Shown here piece by piece: positions 14,612 through 29,077 of a stretch of 64,000 nucleotides of DNA. Location: NCBI GenBank assembly GCA_964016885.1, contig OZ024759.1:14446001-14510000 (forward strand), in the 5' to 3' direction. The first letter of the stretch is position 1; the number at the start of each line of letters is the position of its first letter. The DNA comes from Eledone cirrhosa. Lineage: Eukaryota. The notes below the pieces were generated by a model that was given only the letters and a program-made list of their open reading frames with translations, did not search any database and had not been told where the DNA came from. A program made the position numbers and the translations under genes.

Positions 14612-15140
14612 GGACGTTAAACGATATACGTCCTGGCACCATGTCGTAACAACACATTATTGTTTGGTTTTGTCTGTTTGTTTTTCTTCTTATCATTATC
14701 AATAAATATTTAATTTATTATTTTATTTCACAACATTCCATGCGTATTGTCACCTCAAGTAATATTTCTTATCTCTTATTGATCAACAGATCAAAACATC
14801 CCAGTTAGTCCTAGTTTCTAACACGGCAGATCAAACTAAGTTGAACTAGCTTTTGACATTGAGATCAAAGATATTGCAGGGAAAAATCAATTCTTTTTCC
14901 GTAATAAAATGCTTCATGAGTCACCTTTAATATACAATGGAATGCTAAGTTAAATGATCGTCTATCCACTCCTTTCCTCTCCCCCACTCTCTTCCTCTTT
15001 CTCTCCCTCTCTCACTCTCCCTATCTCTTTCTCCCCCTCTCTCTCTTTCTTATATATATATATATTGTTATATTTTGGGAAGAGCAAAACCCTTGCAAAA
15101 CAAATATATATGTATACACACACACACACACACACACACA

Positions 15141-15194
<54 letters not shown>

Positions 15195-15325
15195 TAAATA
15201 AATAAATAGCTTAGAGTTTAGACTCAAGGAGGTCATTTACCCTATGTTGTTGAATTAAGATTTTTCACTCTAGCGATCTTATTAGTCAATTGCAACTATA
15301 ACATGTAAATGTTCATCAAATATTA

Positions 15326-15385
<60 letters not shown>

Positions 15386-15390
15386 ATATT

Positions 15391-15459
<69 letters not shown>

Positions 15460-16046
15460 GTGTATGTATATGTATGTATATGAATATATTTATATATATG
15501 TGTGTGTGTTTTTATGTGTGTATATGTGTATGTGTATGTGTGTTTATGGTTGTGCGTGAGTGTGTGAGTGAGTATGTTTTTTTGTGAATGTGTCTGTTGA
15601 TTTTTGGCATATAGTTGATTAGTTTAAGAGAAGTTCGAAGATAATTGTAAGATATGCACTCAGTAGTTTGAATCTGTCTACAGAATTCTCTAAACCTTTG
15701 TCACTTAGTAGAACCTTAATGATTTTAGCTTTTAAAGAATCTCCCTTTTCTTTAATTCTATCGACCATGACTGACCGACCCCCCACTGATCTTATAGACA
15801 TCTGTTAGCTTAACAGAAACTTAATGACAAGGAATGGTATGCCATCCAGAACCTGTTTATAGAATTCTGTCTGCCTTTGTTACTCTAAAAACATAAATAA
15901 ATAAATAAAAATAAACTATAGCTTTGTAGAATTAGCTTTTAATGAATTCCCTTTTCTATCAACCAATGACCTACACCCATCCCACTCCCCACCCTCTCCT
16001 ACCACTTGTAGAGACCTATAAATACCATTTTTATTTTTTGATACCC

Positions 16047-16097
16047 AGATTCCTGATGATTTCTAATGAATGAAACAGTTCTAGTCCTGTAGAATCT
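16047..16097 (+). ncRNA. Type I hammerhead ribozyme (family H2)
   Basis: Stem I AGATTC/GAATCT; CTGATGA; T-TTC-TAAT-GAA-T; GAAA; stem III CAG..CTG; GUA triplet; followed by (TA)n. Confidence 0.8.
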
Positions 16098-16109
16098 CAT
16101 CTATATTAA

Positions 16110-16195
<86 letters not shown>

Positions 16196-16817
16196 GAAAA
16201 AACGAGTAAGTTTCGTTTACATATGAAAAATAGTTATTGCGTATCGACCTGTTATATATATGTGTGTGTGTATTTGTGTGGCTTTTATGTCCAATGTCTT
16301 AAACTAGTTTACATAGTCCTGGGGACGCGTGCGTTGAAGCTCCTAAACCTGTATTTGTTTTTAATAGAAGCATGTCCGCCTAACGTAGTGGCTTCATTGC
16401 TACAGTCCGCACCTGGAGAGTACATATACAAGACTCTATGCACAAAAGCTACGTGTTATTCCCGAAAACATATACATATATACACACGAACACGCACACA
16501 TACACACTCACACACATAGACCCCCTTCCCCCCTCCACACACACACACATATGTATGTATATATGACTACTGGCTTAGTTCGGATCTAGCTGTCGAAACG
16601 GCCGGAGCTCAGCCGTCGGGCTCCTGACTCTTTTCCTATATATATATATATAAGCAAAGGGATATTTAATGTGTTGGTAATTCAACAAATATATATATTT
16701 ATAACAGATTCGAAGCACTCGACAGTTTTCAGGAGTATAATATCAATGATATTAATAAATGGAAACTATATTTAGAAGTAAGTTTGTTTTGAAACAAGCG
16801 AGCGAGTTTGAAAATAT

Positions 16818-17015
16818 AATAGAAGCTTTCACCGTATTTTTTACTAAATAAATTTTAGTCCAATAGTGGGGTTTAGAGTCCTCTAAGAAATTAAAATAGA
16901 TGAGTATTGACGTACATGTACGTTAATACTAATCTTTTTCCATTTCTTAGAGAGTTCTAAACCCCATTATCAGGCTAAAATTTATTTAGTCAAAATTACG
17001 GCGAAAGCTTCTATT
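16818..17015. repeat. Diverged ~200-bp palindrome within a TA-flanked module (16672-17020)
   Basis: Arms are reverse complements around the centre GTACATGTAC (~16916). The left flank 16672-16773 is repeated at ~6772-6895. Confidence 0.85.
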
Positions 17016-17347
17016 TCAAAATATATATACATATATATGTATATATATTTAGCTTTGGGAGCACTATTTTATTGCGTGTATGTACGAGTGAAGATATGCA
17101 TTCATATTTGTGTGCGAATTTGTATCTGGGTGAGCGTGCGTGTGTTTGTATGTGGTGCGGCCCAAATAAGCTGATGTCCTTCATACATCATAAATCTAAT
17201 ATCCGCCATAAACCTGCCAACAATGATGATACACTATTAGCTATAATCAAGCTGATTTTATAGAAGGTTTCATTATTGTTAGGGCGCTATTTATTCTAAA
17301 TCTATGACCTCTTCATATTTCCTTGACAATAATTTGTTTTATTGCTC

Positions 17348-17401
<54 letters not shown>

Positions 17402-17421
17402 CATATATAGATAGATATATA

Positions 17422-17458
<37 letters not shown>

Positions 17459-17634
17459 AAGTGTGTGTGTGTGTGTGTGTATGTGAGTATGTGTTTTTGT
17501 AAGCCAATCTCCCAACCTTTCAGCCAAATATTAATCTAATTTGATCTCCGTGTTTCTTTAGAAATAAAACATTTCTATACATATCTGTATACAGCTATGC
17601 TTGAAGATATTTGCTTTTTCTTCGGAATTACCTA

Positions 17635-17698
<64 letters not shown>

Positions 17699-18933
17699 AC
17701 ATAAACAGACATATATTTATCTGTCTGTGTATGTATGTATATATGGATGCGCACGCACGCACACACACACACACACAACATATATATACATATATACACA
17801 AGTATAGACATACATATAAGGGAGTCCAACATATACTAATTTTGCTCTGTGAAGGAATTAATAAGAATCAATTATTCAGAACATAATACAAATTTATTTG
17901 GGAAAGGCAAATAAGATAAAGAAATATTTACCTATTTACATAGAGTGTCCCTACTGCAGTTTCATTGAGAAAAGCTCAACATTTAGTACCGTGAAAATTT
18001 CAAATCACCAGGGACTCCCTCATATGTATGTCTATACTTGTGTATATACGTATATTTCTTCAGTATATTTTTTAATTGCTCCCTTACAATCGAGTAAAGA
18101 TTTGGGCGGAATCGGACTGCTATATTTAGCAGCCCTTTCACTTGACGTGTCCACATACCACTGCAGCTTTGTGGGACGCTAATCACGTGATAATTCTCCC
18201 GTTCGAAGTTACCGCTGGTAGCAGATAACTCATTTGAGCCCTTTCTTGTTTGAAAATGTTCTCTAACGATTTGAGATGTTCACAGCAGAACAGGCTAATC
18301 GCGAAAGTAATGGTTAAGTGGATCGGAATTCCACAGACACGTGTATCCTGAACGTTATTCTCAGTGAGTTTCGGTGTAACTTAATGTGTGTCAAGGTTGA
18401 CACCTTTTATGAACAACTACGGTCTATCCAACGGCTTCCAAACTGTTTCTGTCTATTTAGTTTCACTCACAAGGCATGGATCAACTCGATGATATGGTAA
18501 ATGACTCTTGTCTAAGATACCAGGCGATGGGATTGAACCTGGAACCTAATGATTGCGAATCGGATTCTTTAATTATTAGACCAAACTATGTCCTTGTGAA
18601 TCATAAAACTTAATTAACAACACCTGGGCTTATATGATCTGACGTATCTGTTGCAAATAGAATGCATGACTTCCCCAAGACAGCAATTAGTTTATATATT
18701 CGTTGGATGGTTAGCGCTGCAGGCGACATATAATCTAATACAGCATGTTACATTATCTGATCATCAATGAATAAACCAGAACACCTGTCAAGCCGTCCTG
18801 AGGAGATTCAAGGTTGTTAGAGAACCAACACGTCACAAAACAATACTTGTCAAAATCTAGGAGATACCCACCATTGCATCAACAACTTCCTAGCTCTAGT
18901 CCAAGGAGACATAGAAATATATAATCGAGATAG

Positions 18934-18963
<30 letters not shown>

Positions 18964-18964
<1 letters not shown>

Positions 18965-19159
18965 ACGAAGGAAATGTGGTAAGGAACCAGGTGGACCATA
19001 ACGCACCAAAGTACTCAATACTTGAGGTAGTAGAGTGGATAATAGGAACCAGTAAGACCCCGACAGCTGAGCTCAAGCCGTTTCGACGGCTAATTCTGGA
19101 CTAAAAAGAATTAGCCGTCGAAACGGCTTGAGCTCAGCTGTCGGGGTCTTACTGGTTCC

Positions 19160-19162
<3 letters not shown>
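18964..19162 (-). mobile_element. Family A fold-back module
   Basis: Inverted relative to 1028-1238; hairpin at 19043-19162; (TA)n on both sides. Confidence 0.7.
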
Positions 19163-19196
<34 letters not shown>

Positions 19197-19303
19197 TGAT
19201 TTAGGAAAAGAGTCAGGACCCCGACAGCGGAGCTCCGATCGTTTCTACTGCTAGATCCGAACTAAACCAGTAGTCATATATACATATATATTTGTGTGTG
19301 TGA

Positions 19304-19432
<129 letters not shown>

Positions 19433-19742
19433 TCGTGTGTGCGTGTGTAAAAAATTCGGCGAAAGTTTCCATTTCTAATTTCAAACTCGCTCGCTGTTTC
19501 AAAATATACTTTCTTATCATATTATATATTTTTGACCTTACCTCCTGAATACTAGAGCCATCAAATTAGGGACCTCTCTTTAGGTGCTTATAAACTCGTA
19601 AGAGTGCCTTAGGAAAGGCCAGTAATTTGATGCCTCTTTTTCTGGAGATATCGTCAAATTTGGGCCTTGAAACCCTGGGTAGCGACTTTGTTCCGTGTAT
19701 GAACATAAATAATGTACATACATACATACACATACACACACG

Positions 19743-19786
<44 letters not shown>

Positions 19787-19952
19787 GAGAGGGGGTGAGA
19801 GAGAAGGAGAGAGAGACATAGAGAGAGAGAAAGAGAGGGAGAGAGAGAGGGGGAGAGAGAGACAGGAACAGAGAGAGAGATCAACATCAGCAGACGACAG
19901 GTATGAAAGAAAACATTTTTTTCCTCCTATTTCAAAGTTTGTGAATGTTTAA

Positions 19953-20072
19953 ATGTCTGACATGATGGTTGTGTCTGAGTATCTAATATTATGTCAGACA
20001 CAATAACTGACATGATGTCAGACACAGTAGCTGACATGATGTCAGACACAGTAGCTGACATGATGTCAGACA
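19953..20072. repeat. 24-bp tandem repeat TGTCAGACACAGTAGCTGACATGA
   Basis: About 3.5 adjacent copies plus one diverged upstream copy. Confidence 0.85.
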
Positions 20073-20197
20073 CATACACACGCTAGTTTATGTTTAGCAA
20101 TGGACTTTAAAACCAAAGAAAAGCTAGTTTCGTTCCATATTTAGTTCATTCAGTTCTACTTACTTATCTATTTATCCAGTCATTTATTAGTTGTAAT

Positions 20198-20240
<43 letters not shown>

Positions 20241-20254
20241 GGTGGTGGTGGTAA

Positions 20255-20317
<63 letters not shown>

Positions 20318-20804
20318 CAGTAGTAGTAGTACTGGTAGTAGTAGTAGTAGTAGTAGTAGATATGTAAGTGGGTGTATGTGACGGAACTAAAAGTCCGCGA
20401 GGATTCATTATTATTGTAAATATGTAGGTTAAAAACTAGAGTCACAGGGAGCATTTTGTTATGAAGTCATAACAGCCTACATAACAAAGGGTATTAGATT
20501 GGCGAATGAGTTGAGCGCCGGATGGAAAGCTTTGTGATGTTTGCTTCAGTTCTTTATGGTCTGAGTTCAAATCTCACTGAGGTCAACTTTGTCTTTCAGC
20601 TTTTATTTATCAATCTCGACACAGAACGTAAATGGTTGTAATTAAATACTGTGATAATACAATGGTTTCTTGTTTAGTGGTAGTGCTGATGTCATGATAA
20701 ATGCTCCCAGTACACTCTGTACTCTTTCTTTCTCTTATACACACACACGCGCACACACACGCACACACATATATATATATATGTGTGTGTGTGCGTGTGT
20801 GTGA

Positions 20805-20835
<31 letters not shown>

Positions 20836-20851
20836 AATATATATGTGTGTG

Positions 20852-21145
20852 TGAAGGCGTGTGGCATTGTGGTTGGGGTATTTGGTTCACGATCGTAAGG
20901 TCCTGAGTTTGATTCCTGGCAGCGCGCTGTATCCTTGAGCAACACACTTTATTTCAGGTTTCTCTAGTCCACTCAGCTGCCAACAAAATGAGTTGTGCTT
21001 GTAATTTGAAGGGCAAGACATGTCACATTCTGTGTCACACTGAATCTCCTTGAGAATAACGCTAAAGGCACGCGTGTGTGTGGAATGCTCAGCCACTTGC
21101 ACGCTAATTTCACGAGCCGGCTCGTCCAATGATCGTATCAACAGG
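20852..21145 (+). mobile_element. tRNA-head/CORE-like SINE (family S2)
   Basis: A-box-like TGGCATTGTGG, B-box-like GAGTTTGATTCC, CORE-like GTATCCTTGAGCAACACACTT. Confidence 0.7.
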
Positions 21146-21194
21146 AATCCTGCCTTTTCAGCCCTATGGATTATATTCCTTTGTTAAATTTCGA

Positions 21195-21252
21195 ATACCT
21201 GATGATGTCACCGGATTCATACTGAACCCGGTCATTGAAATGTTCATAGTAT
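21195..21252 (+). ncRNA. Minimal type I hammerhead ribozyme (family H3)
   Basis: Stem I ATAC/GTAT; CTGATGA; stem II ACCGG-ATTCA..TGAA-C-CCGGT; GAAA; TG-TT-CA; AUA triplet; AATAAA follows. A relative lies at 53928-53981. Confidence 0.7.
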
Positions 21253-21352
21253 AATAAACCTTTAAGGAATTACACCAGTCCAGCCTCCTGTTATTTCATA
21301 ATATATATATATATATATAAAGGAAAATGAGGGTGTCCTACACGAGTGAAAG

Positions 21353-21558
21353 TATAAGGAAAAGAAATCGAAAATGCAACTGGAGTCTTTTTAAGAATAT
21401 TTACTTGTTTTTTTTACCGGTTTCACAGTTCGTATGATTTTCAAAAGTAGAATTGAGATGGAGGGTTTGAAAATCATAAGAACTGTGAAAGCGGTATTGG
21501 AAACAAATAAATATTCTTAAAACGACTCCAGTTACATTTTCGATTTCTTTTCCTTATA
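21353..21558. repeat. ~205-bp fold-back in (TA)n
   Basis: ~90-bp arms are reverse complements; the left arm reads GAAACCGGTA on the minus strand (hammerhead 3' half-like). Confidence 0.85.
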
Positions 21559-21915
21559 AATATATATATTCTTCAATAAACAAAACTCATTATTTCTGAA
21601 GACGGCGGGTAGGGAAGACGTATATATATTTTCTTACTTTGATAATTTGTAGTATATTTTACATAGATCACTAATAGAATGAACATACGGAGAACTACCC
21701 CCAATAAACGATCGTAAAATAATGAGTTTTACTATGAATTACCCGTTTTTTGTTTAATTTCATTGTTTTCACTATTTGTATTATTTTGACTCTGCTTCCA
21801 ATGAATTATATCGTTGAAATTTTAGTATTTTAAACTTTACTTCACGACATCTACATACGGATTACATTGAGTTCTTCATACGGCTTGGACCCTACCATTA
21901 ATTGGTGGATTTATC

Positions 21916-21968
<53 letters not shown>

Positions 21969-22469
21969 ATAATATATATATACACACGTTTATAATAATT
22001 GCTTCTACTTTATGCACAATTTTAGGGGAGGGGAAAGTCGATTAACTCTACTCCAGTGTGTTACTGGTACTTTATTGTTTTATCGACCCAGTAAGGATGA
22101 AAGGCAAAGCTAACCTTGGCGGGATTTGAACTCAGAAAGCAAATAGGCGCAACTAAATACCACAAGGCCATAATAATAATAGTAATGATAATAATGATGA
22201 TAATAATAATAATCAATGGTGACACACATGTATATCTTATTTCATGTTTACTTGTTTTCCTATATCTAAGGAGAAAATCACTTTCTCTTTATTATCTCTT
22301 TCTGTTTTTTTTTTATTTTATCTGTTCAACTCAGTATTACCCAATGTACACATATATGGCTAAAATACTCTCTCTCCCTTAGATTATAGTTCTGGCAAGG
22401 AAGAAGTATGGGTTGAAGTACTTAGCGAAAAATTTAGCTTTCAACGTATTAATTTGTGTTGGAAGATAA

Positions 22470-22660
22470 TTATTTTTACTTTTGGCACAAGGCCAGCAAT
22501 TATCCCAGTGCATTACTGGTACTTTATTTTATCGACCCGTAAGGATGAAAGGCAAAGTTAACCTCGGCGGGATTTGAACTCAGACCACAAAGGGCCGTAA
22601 CTCTTTGCTGCAAAGCATGGCGTCCGACCCTCTACCGATACTGCCAATCCACCGCCCTTG
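22470..22660 (-). mobile_element. SINE S1, near full length
   Basis: Head, B box and tail are all present. Confidence 0.8.
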
Positions 22661-22684
22661 GTAGATAATTAAAATATATATTAA

Positions 22685-22903
22685 CCCTTTAGCACTTAAA
22701 CCGGCCATATCCGGCCAGAATTATCTCATCGCTTTCTGTTCAAACCGCCTGTAACTGCCACTCATACTTATGTTATAGTATTGTTTTCAAAATAAATTAT
22801 ATCAAAATCTCATAGATTTGATTTACGTAAGATAATTATGTGAAGTAAAGCCTTAACCGTGAAAATACAATAGTATATATAGAGTAATGTAAATGTTACA
22901 GGG
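22685..22903 (+). mobile_element. piggyBac-like MITE (~219 bp)
   Basis: TTAA on both sides; ends CCCTTTAGCA ... TGTTACAGGG; copies at 45415-45629 and 47358-48259. Confidence 0.75.
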
Positions 22904-23109
22904 TTAAGAAGTGTCTAGCTGCCGAAGTGTACGATAAAGTTATATCTGTATACATATATTCATATATAATCTTGTTACTGTCTTCCCATATTGGGTTATA
23001 GTTATGCTGGTGCAGCGCCTACAATTGTAATACAGTCTTGGTGGTCGTATTGGGTTGTTGAATAATTCTGGGGCCTTTTCTATCATCTGTGTTTTGGTTC
23101 ATCTGGGAG

Positions 23110-23600
23110 CTCATAAAGTTAGTGTTGTATAAAGACATGTCTAGGTCATAAAGTGAGTGTGTTTACAGACGTGTCTGGGACCTCGAAGTGGGATTTGTTT
23201 ACAGAGATCTGTGTCTCTTTAGAGACATGTCTGGGTCATAAAGGGGATGTTGTTTACAGATGTCAGGGATCCCATAAAGAGGATGTTGTTTACAGACGTC
23301 AGGGACCCCATAAAGTAGGTTTTGTTTACAGACGTCAATGACCACATAAAGTGGGTGTTGTTTACAGATGTGTCTGGGACCTCGAAGTGGAATTTGTTTA
23401 CAGAGGTCTGTGTCTTCATAAACAGGGTGTTGTTTAGAGACATGTCTGGGTCTTAAGTGTAATTTTGTTTACAGACCTCAGGGACCCCATAAAGAGGGTG
23501 TTGTTTACAGACCTCAGGGACCCCATAAAATAGGTATTGTTTACAGACGCCAGCGATCTCAGCGACCTCATAAAGTGGGTGTTGTTTACACACATGTCAG
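23110..23600. repeat. 36-bp minisatellite, ~13 diverged units
   Basis: TGTTTAC recurs at 23160, 23196, 23251, 23287, 23323, 23359, 23395, 23466, 23502, 23538 and 23583. Confidence 0.9.
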
Positions 23601-23819
23601 TCCTGATTGCGCAGATTCACAATGTTACTTCTCTCTGAAGAAAACAATGTTATATAATTCAGGTTTTATTTGAAGGAAATTCTTAAAGTTGCGCAGACTT
23701 TTGATATTTTCTGACCTCGAAGCATTTGTTATTTTCAACATTTTATGAGTGTTTTAAATCTGTTAAGTATGCTATCATGTGAACACATAAAATATCTGAT
23801 TACTACACCAAATTATATT

Positions 23820-24214
23820 CAGAACAATACAAGCAGAGGTCAACTGCATACATTAAGATTTATAACTACAGAAGCAGAGGTCAACTGTATAAATTAAATT
23901 TAGAACTACAGAAACAAAGGTCAACTGCATGAATTAAATTTAGAACTACATAAGCAGAGGTCAACTGCATACAATTAAATTTAGAACAATACAAGCAGAG
24001 GTCAACTGCACAGAATTAGATTTAGAACTACATAAGCAGAGGTCAACTGCATAAAATTAAATTTAGAACTACACAAGCAGAGGTCAACTGCATAAAATTA
24101 AATTTCGAACTACAGAAGCAGAGGTCAACCGCATAAAATTAAATTTAGAACTACAGAAGCAGAGGTCAACTGCATAAACTTAAATTTAGAACTATATAAG
24201 CAGAGGTCAACTGT
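23820..24214. repeat. 40-41-bp minisatellite, ~10 units (AGAACTACAGAAGCAGAGGTCAACTGCATAAAATTAAATTT)
   Basis: Directly visible periodicity. Confidence 0.92.
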
Positions 24215-24883
24215 GCGTTAAAATAATCAGTGATATAACATAGAAAGTGTTTCTCTTGTAGAATCATAACACGTTTCTCTCTGATAATTCCTTCTATGAC
24301 CTTGCTGATATGGGAATCAGAGATATAGGCTGTAATATCTAGCATCTGTTTTAATTCCCTATTTATATTATATCTTCTTAAGGCGTTTGGCCTGCCATAT
24401 ATCTTTCAAAGAGATTTTGCAAAATGAACTCAAGTGGTTTGTTTAGTTAGATCAAAAATTCACAAGAAAAAGTTTAAGCCAAACTTTTCTCTGACAGTGG
24501 CGTTATAGAGTTAGATTAAATGCCTCGTGGGGCTTCGTCCTGCTCAATGCGTTTTGAGTTCAAATCCCACTGCGGTAAAATTTGGCAAGGCTCAGCCGTC
24601 GGGGTCCTGACTCTTTTCCTATTGCCCACTCTACTACCCTAAGTATCGAGTACTCAGGTGCGTTATGGTCCATCTGGTTCCTTACCAGACTTTCTTTCTT
24701 ATATATATATATATATATATATAATATAAGATCAAAAGATGGTTAAAGGAGTTCCATATATTTTATTATGCGCATTTCAAAAACAAACATCATCAAGCAA
24801 TAATATTTGTGTTTTCATCAGATAAAACAGGAGAACATGATATGAAGGCTAAAAAAACACTTGTTGATAGTGCAGTTTTAAAT

Positions 24884-24921
<38 letters not shown>

Positions 24922-24960
24922 TGTGTTGTGTTGTGTTGTGTTGTGTTGTGTTGTGTTGTG

Positions 24961-25020
<60 letters not shown>

Positions 25021-25038
25021 ATTAAAATAACAGATTAA

Positions 25039-25089
25039 AGTTTAAGCAAAGAATCGCTACTTTCACCCTTAAGGGGATTTTCTGAAACT
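25039..25089 (-). ncRNA. Variant hammerhead (family H4), degenerate copy
   Basis: AGTTT-CAGAAAA-TCCCCTTAAGGGT-GAAA-GTAG..TTGC-TT-AAACT; compare 34308-34358. Confidence 0.5.
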
Positions 25090-25171
25090 CATGGTTTTTA
25101 TATATTTGATATATATCAACCTTATCGAGCCCTCTTCGAATTTTAGTCTTCACATTTATTATTATTACTAC

Positions 25172-25203
<32 letters not shown>

Positions 25204-25261
25204 TTCGGACTTGTGGTCGTCTGTGGACATGTGTTGGTAAATATATAATGTTATTTATTAA

Positions 25262-25330
25262 AATTCTGAGGAGATTAATATGGCAGGAATAAATAATATT
25301 CCTGTTATATTAACCGAAACGTTTGTCAAT
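25262..25330 (+). ncRNA. Hammerhead-like motif with long stem II and poor stem I
   Basis: CTGAGGA, ~17-bp hairpin TTAATATGGCAGGAATA/TATTCCTGTTATATTAA, then GAAACGTT. Confidence 0.55.
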
Positions 25331-25371
25331 CAATTAAATGATTTAAATTAAATCTTGGTTATTGATTATTC

Positions 25372-25454
<83 letters not shown>

Positions 25455-25473
25455 CATACATAGATACACACAA

Positions 25474-25518
<45 letters not shown>

Positions 25519-25557
25519 AATGCATATATATATATACATACATACATGCGTACATTC

Positions 25558-25604
<47 letters not shown>

Positions 25605-25834
25605 CACATATATATCTTTTTGCACCCTATTTCTACATATATACACCCATACCATGCCCCATATACACAGCTGGACATTGCCATTGTAACTAGTAAGACT
25701 TTGAGTAATTATTTCATAATTAGCACGCCGTAATTACTATCATTATTATATTATATACATATATAGAGATAGAGGAACACTTACACACACACGCACGCAT
25801 ATAGTTTTATATATATGTACATATATCTCTCTTC

Positions 25835-25881
<47 letters not shown>

Positions 25882-26109
25882 CCGGTGACAATGGAATAAC
25901 TTGAGTCACCACTGGTCTGAATCGCTCCCGGTTTTGTATTGTTTGCTTTAGATCTAAGCAATCATATTGGTCAATGGAGGTAGGGATGGGTGGAGGAGGA
26001 GATTTGGTATTTCCGTTTCCGTTTTTAGGGTTTCCCTGTTCTTAAATAGAATCCTACCCTCAAACTTGTGCAACTTCTGCGTTTGGCATTCCTACATTTT
26101 CTCAGGATA

Positions 26110-26210
<101 letters not shown>

Positions 26211-26406
26211 ATATGTATATACACACACACACATATATATATATATAATATATATATATATATGTATATACATATATACGCACACACACACATATATATA
26301 TATTTGTTTAGAAAATGTAGGGTGTGGTAAAAAACCAGGTGGACCATAACCCACCAGAGTATTCGATATATATAGGTGTGTGAATATACATACATACGCA
26401 CATATG

Positions 26407-26441
<35 letters not shown>

Positions 26442-26446
<5 letters not shown>

Positions 26447-26636
26447 AACGTGTAGGACCCCGACGGCTGAGCTCAAGCCGTTTCGACGGCTAGTTCTGGA
26501 GTCCAGAATTAGCCGTCGAAACGGCTTGAGCTCAGCCGTCGGGGTCCTACTCGTTCTTATTACCTACTCTACTACCCTAAGTATTGAGTACTTTGTTGCG
26601 TTATGGTCCACCTGGTTCCTTACCACATTTCCTTCG

Positions 26637-26638
<2 letters not shown>
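26442..26638 (+). mobile_element. Family A fold-back module
   Basis: Palindrome centred ~26500 with a different turn point from 1028-1238; (TA)n flanks. Confidence 0.7.
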
Positions 26639-26724
<86 letters not shown>

Positions 26725-27129
26725 TTATGTGCATACATACATACGCATATATATATATATATATATATCAGAACGGAGGCAGTACAAACCAATTAGACCA
26801 TTACTCACCGGTGTACTCGATATGTGGGGTTGTAGAGTGGGTAGTATGAAAAATTGGTATGTAGCTCTTGAAACGACTTTGTTTTCCTCGATCGTACAAA
26901 TGATAGAAAGATAAATTACGACTGAAAAGTTGAGGTAAAAAAATCAGAAAGATTTCATTTAGGTGACACAGGCGAGCCATTCAGAAAGCTGATCTACAGT
27001 TTCAGACACTTAGACGTGTAATCGCATGAAGACTAGGCCACAAATTTAATCTATCTTACAATCTGGAGATATGATCACGACTGGACGTTAAAAATTTAGA
27101 CAGCGCTTTTGTCCCTATATATAAATTTC

Positions 27130-27230
<101 letters not shown>

Positions 27231-27298
27231 TCAGGTTATCAATAATTTTTTAACAATCCTTTTTTAACAAAAGCACTTTCATTTTATATTCATCCTTG

Positions 27299-27501
<203 letters not shown>

Positions 27502-27754
27502 AAAGAATAGAGGTGTAACACACAAGTTATTATATATTGGTAAACGGAATAGAAAATGCAGATCAGAGCAAACAGCACGGACACTCTATCTCAAAATTAT
27601 TTTTGAAAAGCATTTAGAAATGCGCAACCGGTAAAAACTTAAACACTTAAAACCACAACTGAATACTAACCCATACAATCACTAATACTCTTTTATTCCT
27701 AATTAAACCATTTTTCAACTGTGAACAATTTGTCAGCATTTTCTATTCCGTTTA

Positions 27755-27842
<88 letters not shown>

Positions 27843-28889
27843 CATATATATATACACACACACATATATATATATACATATATATCGAGGGTCCTCGAAT
27901 GGATAGAAGATATAAACATATTAATTTCATGATCATGGCGATTTGTTTGTCTCCTTGAAAAAGACACTTTATTTCACGTTACTCCAGTTCATTCAGCTGT
28001 AAAAATGATTTGCGACGCCACTGGTACGATATTCTATCGGCCATTGCCTTTCCTTTGGACAACATACATAGTGTATATATACTGTACAAAGTGTATATGT
28101 AATACATATACTGTACAAAGTGTATATATAATGTATATAGTGCAAATATAATGTATATAGTGTATAATATCAGCTGAAAATGAGTATCAGCAATAGCTGG
28201 AGGTTTAACCCTACGATGGACTGGCGTCCTGTCCAGGGGGGAGTCTTGTACTCTCAGTCGCTTCACGCCATGAAACCGGGATAAGCACCGGCCAAATGAG
28301 CCTCCTGGCTTAAGACAGACTTTATACTTACGGCCTGCCCGCCCAGCCAGTGGGATGTCGTCATCATATGGCTAAAACAGCACGTGCTGTGACCAGCGGC
28401 GCCGAATGTCGCCCGACAGACTGGTCGGTCAAGGTGATCAAGGTGATAATGTATATAGTGTATATATCAGTTGAGATGTCACTGGTGTCAAGCTGTCTCG
28501 GACTTAGCCTTTCCCTTGGACAACATCAGTGGCGTGGCGAGGGGAGACTGGTATACATGGACGACTGTTGGTGTTCCACAAACAAACTTGCCTGTTCTTG
28601 TTCCTCGAAGAGGCACTTTCTTGGTGCAAGCCCCATGGTCATTCGTGATCGAAGTGGGTCTTCACTCGTTACTCTTTCAACCTTCACAACCAACTTAAAC
28701 ACCACCCCAGCCTGGGCCGGCGTTACCTTTAAGGTCAGCTAGGGCAGCTAGCCAGGGCACAGATTTCTGTGTGGCGCATTACTGAACCTTAAACAGCAAC
28801 AACAACGACAACCACAACTATAACAGTAACAACGACATCGCCACTACGACCACTAACAACAACATTTTCATCTGTTTACACTGCATCGA

Positions 28890-28924
<35 letters not shown>

Positions 28925-29001
28925 GCATCATCATCATCATCATCGATAACAGCAACAATAATGACGTCATCATTCTCATCATCATCATCAACAAAAACAG
29001 C

Positions 29002-29077
<76 letters not shown>

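Noticed and set aside
23820-24214. CRISPR-like periodicity
   Set aside because: Units are contiguous with no unique spacers, there are no cas genes, and the context is eukaryotic.
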